Source of the DNA: Okamejei kenojei
Lineage: Eukaryota
Length of the DNA stretch: 64,000 nt
Reading direction: 5' to 3'
Assembly (NCBI GenBank): GCA_035221665.1
Contig: CM069164.1
Coordinates: 14,694,001 to 14,758,000 of the forward strand
In this document: piece after piece, positions 36,497-50,359 of the stretch
Layout of the letters: each line of letters starts with the position of its first letter
Numbering within the stretch: the first letter of the stretch is position 1
Translations under genes and position numbers: made by a program
The notes under the pieces: model-generated
What the model saw: only the letters and a program-made list of their open reading frames with translations
Database searches by the model: none
Told to the model about the DNA's origin: nothing

Positions 36497-38270
36497 AGAA
36501 ACATAGAAATGTGGTGCAGAAGTAGGCCATTCGGCCCTTTGAGCCAGCACAGCCATTCCATATGATCACGGCTGATCATCTAAAATCAGTCACCCATTCC
36601 TGCTTTTCCCTCATATCCCTTGATTCCTTTAACCATATGAGCTAAACCTAACTCTCACTTGCAAACATCCATTGAATTGGCCACTGCTTTTTGTGGCAGA
36701 GAATTCCACAGATTCGCAACTCTCTGGGTGATGCAGGAACACTGTTCCTGCATCTAGCCTGTCCAATCCTTTAAGAAATTTATATATTTCTATAAGATCC
36801 CCTCTCATTCAGTGAATACAAGCCCAGTCGACCCATTCTTTCATCATATGCCATGACGCCAACCCGGGAATTAACCTGGTGAACCTACGCTGCACTCCGT
36901 CAATAACAAATATGTCCTTCCTCAAATTATGAGACCAAAATTGCACACAATACCCAGGTGCGGTCTCACCAGGCCCTTGTACAACATAGAAACATAGGTA
37001 ATAGGTGCAGGAGTAGACCATTCGGTCCTTCGAGCCTGCACCGCCATTCAATATGATCATGGCTGATCATCCAACTCAGTATCCCGTAACTGCCTTCTCT
37101 CCATACCCCCTGATCCCCTTAGCCACAAGGGCCACATCTAACTCCATCTTAAATATAGCCAATGAACTGGCCTCAACTACCTTCTGTGGCAGAGAATTCC
37201 AGAGATTCCCCACTCTCTGTGTGAAAAATGTTTTTCTCATCTTGGTCCTAAAAGACTCCCTCCTTATCCTTAGACTGTGACCCCTTGTTCTGGACTTCCC
37301 CAACACCGGGAATAATCTTCCTGCATCTAGCCTGACCAACCCCTTAAGGATTTTGTAAGTTTCTATAAGATCCCCCCTCAATCTTCTAAATTCTAGCGAG
37401 TACAAGCCGAGTCTATCCAGTCTTTCATCATATGAAAGTCCTGACATCCCAGGAATCAGTCTAGTGAACCTTCTCTGTGCTCCCTCTAAGGCAAGAATGT
37501 CTTTCCTCAGATTAGGAGCACAAAATTGTACGCAATACTCCAGGTGTGGTCTCACCAAGACCCTATACAACTGCAGCAGAACCTCCCTGCTCCTATACGC
37601 AAATTCTTTTGCTATGACAGCCAACTGGGGTAGGACCTCCATGCTCTTACACTAAAATCCTCTTGCAATGAAGGCCAGCATACCATTAGCTTTCTTCACA
37701 GCCTGCTGTACCTGAATGCTTACTTTCAGTGACTAATGTACAAGCACACGCAGGTCTTGTTGCACCTCCCCTTGTCCTAATCTGACACCATTCAGATAAT
37801 AATCTGCCTTCCTGTTCTTGCCACCAAAGTGGATAACCTCACATTTATCCTCATTATATTGCATCTGCCATGCATCTGCCCACTCACCTAACCTATCCCT
37901 CACCCTGTAACCTCATATCATCCTCCTCGCAGCTCACACTGCCACCTAGCTCTGTGTCGTGAGCAACCTTGGAGATGCTACATTTAATTTCCTATATCTG
38001 GGATCCCAGCACTGAGCCTTGCGGTACCCCACTAGTCACTGCCTGCCATTCTGAAAAGGACCCATTAATTCCTACTCTTTGCTTCATGTCTGCCAACCTG
38101 TTCTCTATCTATGTCAGTACCCTACCCCCCCCAATACCATGTGCTCTAATTTTGCACACTAAGCTCTTGTGTGGGACCTTGTCAAAGGCGTTTTGAAAGT
38201 CCAGATACACCACATCCAATGGCTCTCCCTTATCCATTCTCCTTGTTACATCCTTAAAAAACTCCAGATA
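36497..38270 (-). mobile_element. CR1-clade LINE RT fragment containing a nested younger copy (~36984-37621)
   Basis: ORF 37076..37642 (LYRVLVRPHLEYCVQF...QRRFTRLIPG...RRLRGDLIETYKI...RTRGHSL); second 3' tail at ~36984; KAFDKVPH at ~38170-38195. Confidence 0.9.
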
Positions 38271-38528
38271 TATTCTTTGCCTGCCTGAAAGCTACAGGAA
38301 TTCCAGAGCTGCCCTCAGATATCCCAACATGCAATTTCTCCCAGGGGTCACTGGATATAAATTATGAATGGTGATTATGGAAATGTCCGTATCATTATAA
38401 GCACTCATTTACCAGCCATCTTAGATCAGTTAGTTAGAAAAATCAGGCAATAAATGGGGAGCCTTCCCACAAGAATCTGGAGGAACTACTCTTTAATACG
38501 CTATTTAATAAAAGCCATCATAACTTAC

Positions 38529-38624
38529 CAGCTCTACTAGTTTCTCTAGAAACGGAATCAGTTTCAAAAGCTCCATGTCATTCTTATCCATGAACCAGCT
38601 TTCAATTGGAATTCCATTGGATAG
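38529..38624 (-). CDS. CTDSPL2: CTDSPL2 exon ([32 protein letters not shown])
   Basis: 96 bp, tctatcag| ... |gtaagt. Confidence 0.96.
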
Positions 38625-38984
38625 CTGATAGAAAAGGATTGAAGGTATATTTTACAATAGCTTATAAACAAAGCTACAGCAAAAGCTGCTGTATCACACT
38701 TTCCAATGTTCTCACCAATTAAACTTCAAATTGGGGAAGTCAGGGAGTATATCCATGCACATATAAACAATCACAACATCAAACACCAAAATCCAGTAAA
38801 TACTGAAGCGACATTAGTTTAAGGATACTCTATTCAATTTTCCTCCATGTAACATCTTTCCTGAATTAGGAAGACTACCCGACATAACACTAAGAGCAAA
38901 CACAAATGGCCCAGTTTATTTTTCTCGCAGATACTGATTACACAAAATATCGGGGAAAAATTAGGCCTTTGGCCAAAATGGTCA

Positions 38985-39430
38985 TTAGAGTCATAGAGTG
39001 ATACAACGAGGAAACAGGCCCTTCGGCGCAACTTGCCCACACCGGCCAACATGTCCCAGCCCTACCTGTCAGCATTTGGTCCATATCCCTCCAAACCTGT
39101 CATATCCTTGTACTTTTCTAACTGCTTATTAAATGTTTGGCTAATCCCAGCCTCAAATACCTCCTCTGGCAGCTTGTTCCATATACCCACCACCCTTTGT
39201 GTGAAAAAGTTACCCTCAGATTCCTATTAAATCTCTTCCCCTTCACCTTAAACCTATGTCCTCTGGTCCTCGATTCACCTACTCTGAGCAAGAGACACTG
39301 TGCATCTACCCAATCTATTCCTCTCATGATCTTATACCTTTATAAGATCACCCGTCATCCTCTTACACTCCAAGGAATAGAGTCTCGGCCTACTCAATCT
39401 CTGCCTATAGCTCAGACCCTCCAGTCTTCA
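38985..39430 (-). mobile_element. CR1-clade LINE 3' fragment
   Basis: GESRTRGHRFKVKG motif (ORF 39118..39327) and a typical 3' tail. Confidence 0.8.
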
Positions 39431-41473
39431 CAACATGTCAAATCAATGTTATATTCCACTGAGCCTCCTCATAACTCACTTTATTTAAACCCTCGAGAAC
39501 ATCCTCCATTGCTACTGTTTCCCCAATCACAGACCTAATTTCTTCTGGCGATCTGTCTTCCCTGTACAGTCTTCAACATCATAGTCCCGACCACGTATAG
39601 CCCAATTCTATTTCTTCTTCAAGATCAACAAGCAGGATGATCCTGGTAGACTCATTGATTTAGCCTGTTTAGTCCTGCAGAACTTATTCTTTTCAGTTAT
39701 TTAGATCTTATTTCTTTTACTTATTCCTTTCAATGCTTTATCCTTATGTCCAGTCTATTTTGATTTATTTCAATATCACCTCAGATACCATCTACTTTGG
39801 CTTTTCAGTTTTCAGATCTCCAATGGCTTATTTCCACCAGATATCAATTTTCTCTATCCCACTTCAAGGTCCTTTGCGTTTTCTACAAACACAGCAAGGC
39901 CCAAAGTGGCTGAACTTGTTCTCACATTGGAACAACTTCTCCTTTAACACCATTTAATTCTGAGAACCTGCATGGGTTTGAGCTACATCTGTCTCTTTTT
40001 GTGGGATTTGTGGACCAGTCCTTAATTTATCCCTTTTCAATCTCTCTCTCTCTCGCTTTCTCCAGCACACTGATGAATGTATAGGTAGCTTTAGGCTCTC
40101 AATCAGAACACCAGTTTCATCATCTTTGTTGCAATTTTCACCGTATCATTTTCATATGATCCATATACATGACTTTTTTGTTCTAGTTCCTGATTTTTCT
40201 ATCGTAATTTCAGAAAATGGGTTCTCAGAGCACTCAATATCAATTGCATGCCCAGACTCCTACCATCTTCGCCAAATCTTCTCACATTCTGCTTCTCTTA
40301 AGGACCATTCAATTCTCCCAGTTTCTCAAGATCCATATCTATTCTGAAGGCGACATCTTCTACATATGTACTTTGCAGGTATCATCCCTTTTCCCTAACT
40401 GTTCCTTCCTCTGCGTCATAGGTGACAAAGCGTTCAATTACAACTGATATATTTTCTGCAATTCCTAGGAGCGGAATTAGACCATTCGGCCTATTGAGTT
40501 TGCTCTGCCCTTCAATCTCTGGCTGATCTATCTTTCCCTCTCAACCCCATTCTCATGCCTTCTCCCCATAACCTTTGACACCCTTATATAAATAACGAGA
40601 ATCCCAAGGCACAAAATTACTTGGGATTCTATTTAATATTCCCTGCTTGAGTTCTTTCCAGTTTTCTTTATAATCCTCAATGGTTCTGCCTGATTTCTTA
40701 AAACTTACAGATGCTTCCTTTTTTTTGACCAAATTTACAACCCCTCTCAACAACAAAGGTTCCATTACCTTGCCATCTTTGTCCCTCCTCCTTAATGAAA
40801 AATGTTGGTCTCTGATAAGCTGCCCATTAAACTCCCACATGTCAGGTGTGAATTTACCCAATAACCGCTACCAATTTACTCTACCAAGCTCCTTGTTTTA
40901 TAATGTTATAATTTACCCCGTTTCAATTTAGTGCTTTCCCTCAGGTTCCAGATGTTTCCTCATTATTATCCCACACCAGTCACTTGATCAGGCTCATTTT
41001 CCAATATAAGGTCCAATATGATCCCTCGTCTAGTTGAATGATCCAAATACTGTTTCCGGAAACCTTCTTGGATATTCCTCTCACATTCTGCCCCATCTAG
41101 GTCTCTTGCGCTAAGAAAATACTAGTCAAAGTTGAGGAAGCTAAAAAAAAATTAGCCATACAGCCCCTGCTGTTTTCACATTTTTCTACATATCTATTCC
41201 TCTATCTCCCTCTGAATAGATTTTATGAAAGGCCATCAATATACATTAATTGCCATTTTCTCACTCCATAGACATTGCCCGACTTGCTGAGTAGTTGCAG
41301 CATGCTCGGCTTTGTTTCAAATTTTCAGCATTTGCAAAGGTTTGTACCTTACAGATCCAATGTTTTGTATTCTTCTGCTTTCATTTGTTTTCTATTTACA
41401 GACCTTCCAGACAGATCAGCTGTGAAGTACAGGCTTCCAACACTCTCTCAAACAACACCACCACCACTTGACT

Positions 41474-41500
41474 TTCTTCTTCTTCTTCTTCTTCTTCTTC
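41474..41500 (+). repeat. (CTT)n microsatellite
   Basis: Seen directly. Confidence 0.9.
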
Positions 41501-41619
41501 TCCTCCATTGATAGTCCCTCAGGATCGAGGATGATTTGTTTTCACTGCAGTTCTGTGGGCTCTGAAGTGGTTGATGGGTCAAATGTAAGAAGCAAGAGGA
41601 GCTTAAACTTGAGAGTCAC

Positions 41620-43190
41620 CACTTATGAACAGGTGCCATGTTGGATAGGTTGGCAGAAGGTGATACACTTGCAGGATACCCAGCATCTGACCTTCCCTTG
41701 TGGCATAGTATGTATGTGGTTGATCCCACAGAGATTTTGTTCAATGGTAATCTCTGGGATAACAATGGAGGGGAACTCAGCAATGGTAATGCTACTGAAT
41801 GGTAATGCCTCTGAAGTGGTATGATGGACATTGACTGGCACATTTATTACTTGCCCAGGAGCCCATGACCGAATGTCATCTCAGTGTTGCTGCAAGAAAT
41901 GCTTCATTGGCTGTGGAATTATGAATAGAATTGAAAATAGACCATGAATGAGCAGCCCAACATCTGACCATAGGATGGAAGGAAGGTCATTGATGAAGCA
42001 GCAGAAGGTGTTTGAGCTCAGGACATTGTCCCAAGAAGCTCCTGCAGTGAAATCCTGGGATTATGCCGATTGCTCACCAACAACCACAACAATCTTCCTT
42101 TGTGCAAGATATAACACAAGCCATTGAAGTGTTTTCCCGTTGATGCCCATTCAATTCAGCTTTATCAGTGCATCTTCATGCAACTCTTGGACAATGCTTG
42201 ATTTTAAGGACATTTTCTCTCACACAAGCTCTGTATTTCAGCTCTTTGCACCATGTTTGCGAAGAGGTCTGGAACTGAATGATCCTGTGACCATTTCAAT
42301 TGGGTATCTCTAAGCAGGTTAATGGTGAGTTAGCAATGTTGCCCATGGTATTATCGACTTGTTGATGACAGAGGTTGGCAGTACTGAGCAAGATTGGAAT
42401 TGTCTTTCTGTTTGTCGAAAGACCTGCCTGGACAAATTTCTGGGTAGATTCGTATTGTAACTGTTCTGGAACAACTGTTTACAGTTGCAGATGGTTCTGT
42501 AGTAAAGTTATTCAGTGCTCTAGCTGGTATGTTGTCTGGTCCAGTTGACTTTTCTGTATCTAGTATTCTCAGCTGATCTTTGATATCACATGGAACGAAC
42601 TGAAGTAGCTGGACATGGGCTGCGCACCTCAGGAGTAAAGCAAAATGGCACTTCTTGGTGAGCATGTTTACAAAAGTTTCTGGTTTCTCTTTGGCAATCA
42701 CATGCTGGGCCCTGTCGTCGTTGAAGATGGGAGATATTCTTGAAAGCCCCTTCTTTCATAAGCTGTTCACCACCATTCACCCATCCTGGTCTCAGCAGAT
42801 TACAGATGGGCAAGTTTGACTGTTGCCCAGTAGACGCCAAGTATTGAGCCAAATGTTAGGTTTGATCTTTGGCCACAAATGACTAAAGGTTGTGCTGGTG
42901 CACTGAAGTCAATGGTAAATTTCTTCATCAATGCAAGGTGGCTGCGGAGATATGGGAAACAGTCCATGTTTTATGGAGTTTTATGTCGATCATTGCGTCG
43001 CACTTCATCTGGGTACTGAAGCTTGGTAACCCGATTTTGGTGACCTTGTTTCTAGAGTGGATGAAATGTAGGTTGCTTAGCTCCACTGGAAGTGAGGAGC
43101 ATCATTGTGGCAAGAAAGTCTGAGAAATACGTGCTGGGCCAAAGATGTTTGAACTTGTGATCTTAATCAAGGGATCTATATTAGATCCAG
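41620..43190 (-). mobile_element. Old CR1/L2-superfamily LINE RT fragment
   Basis: LDTEKSTGPDNIPARAL...KDNSNLAQYCQP (ORF 42351..42701) resembles the RT N-terminus; heavily decayed, boundaries approximate. Confidence 0.6.
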
Positions 43191-44131
43191 TCTCAGGGCA
43201 GACTGGTGTCTTGGTCGCTAATCTGTAACTCTGTAGCCCCTACTCCCTTCTCTGTAAGTGAAAAAACGTTTCATTTAACTTTCCTTTGTGCATTTGAAAG
43301 ACTGAAAGACCCTATCCCTTTCTTTACAGACCTGCTGAGAAATGTCAATATTTTATGATTTTATAACATATCCCCTTATTCTTTTCCCCACAACGTATTT
43401 ATACAGCTTCCACTGAAAAGCATCTTTGTTATTCACCTCAACTATTCTCTGTGGAAATGAGCTGCATGTTATTTATTCTTTGAATAAATACATTTCAATT
43501 CCCCTTTGAATTTATGAATAACTCAGATCTGGCCACTATTACTGGTCATGCCTGCAATTTGAAATATATTTGCTATGTTTATCTTATTAAACTCCATAAC
43601 TCTGAACACCTTTATAAGATCATCCTTTAAATGTTCTTCCTGCTGGGGGTTAGGTTAGACCTGGAATAGATATTTTACAACACTGATGACTTAAAGGTGA
43701 TAATTTCATAAGCGCAATTGAGTGGCGTTTTATTTTATTTTTCAATAAACACAATAACTGGCCCATGAATGTTAATTGGAAAGATGGCTACATAATTTGT
43801 ATCTCTAAACTAAAAAAACTGAATTAAGCAAGGGAAATAATGCCCCAAAACTAATTTGGGAAAATGTAAATAAAGATGAAACTATTATTATTATCCATAA
43901 ACAAACACTTAAAAGAATACATTTTGGTGGAAGGTAAAGCCATCTTGAGCATGTAAATGGCTATTTTCCATTGCATTCATGATAAGAAATATTTTGAGGT
44001 ATTCTCTTTACTCCAGTCTTTCTTCCTCCATTTTTACATATCTTCTGTAGGTTAAGGAAAGTGCTTTTATTTCTAATTAAAGATACTGCCTGCAAATAGA
44101 TTAACAGCAGCCTAATAGATTCCTTGTACAT

Positions 44132-44422
44132 AACTTCAAGTAGCCCCGGCATTCCCCCTCTCTCTATCCCTCCCCCACACAAGTCGCACTAGCTTCTCAT
44201 TTTCACCTAACAAACAGCTACGATGGCATGTTTCCTTTATCATCATTACTTTTTTGCATATCTTTCATTCGTTGTTCTTTATCTCTCTACGCAATCGCCT
44301 CTATTTCTCGTTTCCCTTATTCCTAACCAGTCTGAAGAAGGGTCTCGACCCGAAATGTCACCCATACCTTCTCTCCAGAAATGCTGCCTGTCCCATTGAG
44401 TTACTCCAGATTTTTGTGTCTA
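44132..44422 (+). mobile_element. Penelope-type pLTR (longest copy in the window)
   Basis: Pyrimidine-rich LTR body followed by ctgaagaagggtctcgacccgaaa; flanked by tccttgta(c/t)at at 44121-44131 and 44423-44433. Confidence 0.7.
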
Positions 44423-44999
44423 TCCTTGTATATGAAACCCTGGTTGCTCTACATGATTATTAACATAACCAATGAACAACCTCACTAGTTGGATAGAAAC
44501 GTTTTAAACACTCATGGAGTGTGGATGTCATTGGCAAGATCAACATCCATTGACCTACTAAATGTTGTGTGGCCTAATCAGCCACCCCGGTATTGTTTAG
44601 TCAATTACATTGATCTGAAATCACATATAATACAAACAGAGCAAGGATAGACAATTTTCTTTCCCAAGATATATTAATGAATCAGATGGGATTTTATGAT
44701 AATCTAATAACATGGTTATTCTTTCTCATATTTGTTTATTCCAGATTAACTGAAATCAGCTCCCGTGATTTAGATTCAAACCTTTAGATTAATCTGTCTG
44801 GCCCAACATAATCATCAAACTATGCACATAACCCCAACTACATTCTATGTCCATTCTATTGAGGCGATCATTTGATTTATGCTGCAAACAAAGGCATTTT
44901 GATTTAATTTCCATCAAGCAAAACCAAAAACAGCACAATACTAAACTCTCTGGCTCTTCTCTTATCCTTGTACTCCCATTGGATAATTCCTGAACTAAC

Positions 45000-45126
45000 C
45001 TGGTATGCAAAGGCTTGCGGAGAGTTGTCAATAATGATTGTTTTTGAAAGATCCCTTCCGAGGATATTCAAATCCTTTATGTAATTTCCCTGCACACACA
45101 CACAATGCTCGCGGAATAGCCTGTGC
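45000..45126 (-). CDS. CTDSPL2: CTDSPL2 exon ([42 protein letters not shown])
   Basis: 127 bp, phase 2/0, inside ORF 44904..45143. Confidence 0.97.
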
Positions 45127-46523
45127 CTAGACGAAAAAAACATTGCACAATAACAAAACTAGCGTGAAAATGAATGCTGTATTAGATTTGAAAATTAAAA
45201 ATTTTAAATATCTAAATTAAAAAAAAAATAAAATCTTGAATGAACTGGTATTTTAAAAAGGAACGCAAAATTGAATGTCCAAGGTATGGAGTGTTGCAAC
45301 TACATTGGCAATAAGCCAATTACAAAAATTCAAATGCGCCATAAACTGGGCAGACAATGTATGTGAAGAAAAAGAGCAGATTCAATATTAGTAATATAGC
45401 ATCAGCTCTTAAAACACAAATTATTTTGTGTGCAAAAAAATGTATATGATCACAGAATCCAGAGGTGATACACAGGATCAGAAAATACAGTACTGAAACA
45501 GGCAAGATTGCACAAGAAACTTTCCATTAGAATCATATTACAATTGTATTCTCTTGCTTAGACGTACGTAAACCTGGGACACAAAGTGTGGAAAAGACAC
45601 TGCAATTCATGATAGCCTTTGCTGTTAGCATTCTCACATTTGAAAGGATTAAGATCCTTTGTGAGCACTTTTTTTTAGTGGTGAATGCACAGGGTGTTGC
45701 AATGGAGAGACATTAAATTGAAACACTTTCTACCTGTGGATTTCTACTAGTGGATTTCAAAGATCCATTGACATTTTTCAAAGGACGTTCTTCCAGCCCT
45801 TCAAGCAACATCTACCACTCATTAAATATTATCAGATGAAATAAACTATGAAATTTTAACGTATCGATTTTGCTCCTCACAAATCTGTTGTTACATAATT
45901 AATTGGCTAAAAGGTTCCTCGCGGTATGGGGTGATGAAACGCAGCAAATGTACACAATGTTTCATTCTGTACATTCAAATGCAATACAATTTTAAAATAT
46001 AAAAATGGGGTGGGGGAAGCAGCACTGTTGCATAACAGGGCCAACTATTTTTTCCAAATGGAAGGACAGGTGGAAGTGGACATTTTATCCTAAATCGTCC
46101 TCTATACCAGCTGGCAGGCAACAGAATGAGACCCGGTCATGCAGCAGAGTGATCATGTAACTCCACTGGCAACCCAGAGACCTGGACTAAAGATGCAGAG
46201 ACACAAATTGAAATCCTACAAAAGGATAATCTAATTCAGTTAATTAAATAAAAAATAAATGAAATAATAGGATTGTCTTTAAAAATCCATTCTCTTTAAT
46301 TTGCTTGTTTGTGTCTCCAGCAATTCTCAACTGCCTCTTGAAATGGATTAGTAAACCACTTGATTCAACGGAAATTTTGGGATAGACAACAAATTCTGGC
46401 CTTATCAGTGATGTCCACATCTTTGAATAAAGTAACTGGGAGAGGTCAAGGGCAGGAACACATATTGGTTCACATTGCTTTCACTCTTTCTCAATTAGGG
46501 CACGGCCATTGCATAGAACATAC

Positions 46524-46603
46524 CTGACTAGCTGCTTCTTAGGATCCAGAATATTCAGCAATTTATCTGCATAGACTTTCTTGGAGGCAGTGAACAGAAT
46601 AAT
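46524..46603 (-). CDS. CTDSPL2: CTDSPL2 exon ([27 protein letters not shown])
   Basis: 80 bp, phase 0/2, ctgcag| ... |gtatgt. Confidence 0.96.
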
Positions 46604-47361
46604 CTGCAGATAAATTAGGGAAAGATTAAAGAAGCATTAATGTACAATTTTCTATAATCTATGCAGTTGGTATCTAATGCTTCAATGATGCATAAAATAA
46701 GCTTTAGGATTAATACAGATCTTTGCACCAATTGGCTGGATTCAACAAATTCAGATATTGCTGTTGCTATTTTGATTTACATCTCATCAGGAGCCTCTTT
46801 CAATTGTCCCATTGTCAACTTTCACCTTGCATTATCGCCCCGTTTGCCGTTCCTATCTTCCAACCCAAGCGTCCCTTCATATCAGGGATAAAGCTCACTT
46901 CATGTTTCCAATTATGATGAGACGTTCATGGTTCTAAAACTTTTTTTCTGTTGAGTTAGTGCCTCACCCGCAGAGCATTTTTAGCATGTTCCTTAAAATA
47001 CAGGGCACCTTTTGTTCTTAAAACTAGAACTTCCAATTGTATTTCTTGCATCAGAATAATATCAAGCAAACATCAAATCACATCTACCGCACATGCAACA
47101 TCTTTAATGGCTGCTACAAAACGAACAATAACCAACTTTAAACAAAACAAATGTAGGTGGGAGGAGAAAGAATTGAGCTCGAATGGATCTGCTTTGCATG
47201 ATTAAAACATACATTCTGCTAGAAATACTTTGCTTAGTTTTATAGTGCAACATTTGCAGCTAAGCTTGAAAATTAAGAAACGCTGTTGTCAGAATGTTTT
47301 GAGGTGATATTAAATTATCTAAGGGAAAGCTCCAACTGTACAAATCTACGTTCAAACTCAC

Positions 47362-47424
47362 CTCGTAAATTTGGGACATTCGTTCCAGGAATTCACGGAA
47401 GTAAGGTCTCAACCGTACGTAAAC
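47362..47424 (-). CDS. CTDSPL2: CTDSPL2 exon ([21 protein letters not shown])
   Basis: 63 bp, cccag| ... |gtgagt. Confidence 0.96.
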
Positions 47425-48334
47425 CTGGGACACAAAGTGTGGAAAAGACACTGCAGTTTATAAAATCACAAGGAAATACATGCCAAGTTCTAAAGGAACA
47501 TGAGGAACATAGGTATCAATCAAATCATTTTTAGAAAGTTCAAAAGAATATTTTGGTTGCAGTATTCGAGGGATGCCAGGGAAAGAGAATGAAGCAAGAG
47601 GTATTTAACTCTCAATTATTTTACTTTAAATATTTTTGGAAAATAATTTACTTGAAACAGAACCTTGTGTACAGAAGCAGTTAGACGCTCAACAGCAGCT
47701 GTTTGTTAAAAGGGGAGCTGACAACTGACCTGTTAAGTTCCTCGTATTTCTAGTTTATATTTCAGTTTTTTCAACAGCTTAATTAAAAAAAAAACATTTA
47801 TAGGCATTTTCTTCCCTCCTCTCAGACCTCTCTATATTACCTCAAACAATGATTAATTTGGATCTATGTTATCATTATTTATGTGAAACCTCCTCAGAAT
47901 CTACACAGCACATCCCAAAGGCTGGCTGGCCCTAATTGGTACTGGTATTGGTTTATTAATGTCATGTGTAACGAGATACAGTGAAAAACATTGTTTTGCA
48001 CATGCTACCCAGACAAACATACCTTCAATGAGCACAATCATATCATACATGATTGCAATATGTAGTGCAAAAGGAGAAAAGAAAGAAAGTACAGAATATT
48101 GTGTTACAGCTACAAAGAAAGTGCAGATTAGAAAAGTGCACGGGCTGCAACAAAGTAGATCGGGATTACATCTTTAGCATTTGAAAGATATGTTCAGGTC
48201 CATCCATTGAAATGAATTATCTATCCCGAGATGCTTGACAAGAATTTTCAGACACAGTTTTGCAGTCGAAATGGGATCACAAAGGGTGAGGTGTGGTCCA
48301 GTATTTCCCAAAATTCAAGATAAGGTAGTCTTAC

Positions 48335-48421
48335 CTGGTAAATCACATCTTGGAAAAGGACAGGAAAGGTAAGTGCTGCATCATCCAGTTCATTGAGACT
48401 GCAGTGCACCAAGGTCTCATC
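48335..48421 (-). CDS. CTDSPL2: CTDSPL2 exon ([29 protein letters not shown])
   Basis: 87 bp; completes the DxDxT motif of the FCP1/SCP phosphatase domain. Confidence 0.97.
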
Positions 48422-48918
48422 CTGCCAAGATAAAAGATTTCCAAGTATCACAAAACACCAGTAAGGGAATGCAAAAATTGAACTGACATTTTAACAAATA
48501 GCAAGCTATAATAATTTTAGACAAAGCAAATTGAAAAAAAATTACAAACCACTTTTTTTCAGGAATCTGTTAGTTGAAAATAGATAGTTCTACTTGCATC
48601 AATTAACCATTACTTCTCTATGTTTACTTTTCATAAACAAATTCAAACTTATATGCAAAAATAAAAATAAAATGAAAGTTAATTTGAAGATCAATACTAC
48701 ATTTTGTTAGTAGAAATAAGGAACTGCAGAAGCTGGTTTACAAAATATAGAACACAGAGTGCTAACACATTTTGTTATCTCTTACACATTGAAAGCATCA
48801 GCTTGTTTCAGTTATTTTTACTTTATATATGGAATATGCAACACAACATAAATATATTGTGTAAATATTTCAAAGCATATTATTTTATACATACACTTTA
48901 AAGCATAGTTTCTCTCAC

Positions 48919-49030
48919 CAAGTCTAGAACCAAAGAAAATTCAGGTGTACTTCTGGTTTTAAGTGGCAGAGCCGGTTTTCGACTGAGCTGTTCTTCTGTT
49001 AAAGGTGGCACATGCTTGATGAAGAAATAA
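48919..49030 (-). CDS. CTDSPL2: CTDSPL2 exon ([37 protein letters not shown])
   Basis: 112 bp, phase 2/0; carries the first half of the HAD DLDET catalytic motif. Confidence 0.96.
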
Positions 49031-50359
49031 CTACCAAAAAGGCAAAAACAAATGGCTAAAAGGCATGGTAAAAGCAATCACTATTCAGCAATTTAGCTAA
49101 ATGGCACAGCATTTAATTTATTGATTGGTTTCAAAGCACTAGAGCACTTACAACATATTTACACAGCAAACAATGAATAAACGGCTCAAGATTGACATCA
49201 AGTTTTACCGTAATTGCAAAAATTCTGTGCGGTCAGTGATGTGACTGTCTGAACACATTAGCTAGCATCACCTCACTCTCAATGCAAAAAATTGATTCAT
49301 ACACTGTTAGAATATGTCTATTTTTCTTGTGATGTAGAAGGCTGCCATTTGGTCCAATAGGTCTGCTGGCTCTCAGAGCAATCACATTTCCCTGCAACCT
49401 ATTTTCTCTCATGTTTAAACATGCATTTCAAATGCTACTATGCCCATGTAGTCAATAGTCGTGGCTCTCATGGCAGTGTTATGGACAATACCCACAGGGA
49501 CCAAATATTAATTTCAAGATTTTTGAAAGGAAGTCATCAGTTCAATAGACATATTTTTTGATAACTGAGATAGGATGAATGGTCCCTGTAAACATCAAAG
49601 AGCCAAAAAATATATATTTTTGTAATAAATAATTTAAATCTTTAGGAATAGTTGAGCAGTACAGAAATGTTTGTCCAGGCAGAGGGCAAGAGTCACTCAC
49701 TAGAGTCAGCTTGTGTGAACTTCCAAGCAACCTAAAATGTAAGGACAATTAGTAGGAATCTAGGAGTCATCATTCAACCAAGAATTACTACAAATGCTTG
49801 GACTGTTAAAGAAAATAGAAGCAGGTGAAATGAGATGAGTTTTTAGAAATATTTTTAATTCACTATCCAAACAAGATGCTGTTTTTCCAATGAAGAGAGA
49901 TAGTGCAAGACAGACCTACACCAATGGAATGAGAGATGATCATATTGAAGCAAACAACATTCTGAGGAGGATTGATAGGACAGATCCTAGGGTCTCCTGA
50001 CATTGGGTAAGGGGACAGGCATTAGTACTGATAAGAAGACATTTCTTGACATTTGGTTGTATAGCTTTAGAATTCTCCTCCACAGAAGATAGTAGAAACT
50101 CAACCATTGACCAAATTCAAGACTACAATGGATTTTTTGACAGGAGAGAAATCAAGGAACATGGAGATCAAAAGCGAACTTGAAACTCATGAATGACCAC
50201 AATCCTACAGAGAATACAGCAAACTCGAAGAGCCATGTGGCCTACATCTGCTTCTATTTATTTATTTTAAAGTACATTTGGGTAGCACACTTTATGGTGT
50301 TTAAGCCGTGTTTTAGGTGCTAAAGTCACGAAGTAATGCTAACCAATTATAATGACTTT

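Noticed and set aside
44970-44990. TATCCAATGG (LSNG) just after the 45000 donor, echoing the start of the next exon
   Set aside because: Only a 10-bp match, out of frame with read-through; compatible with chance.
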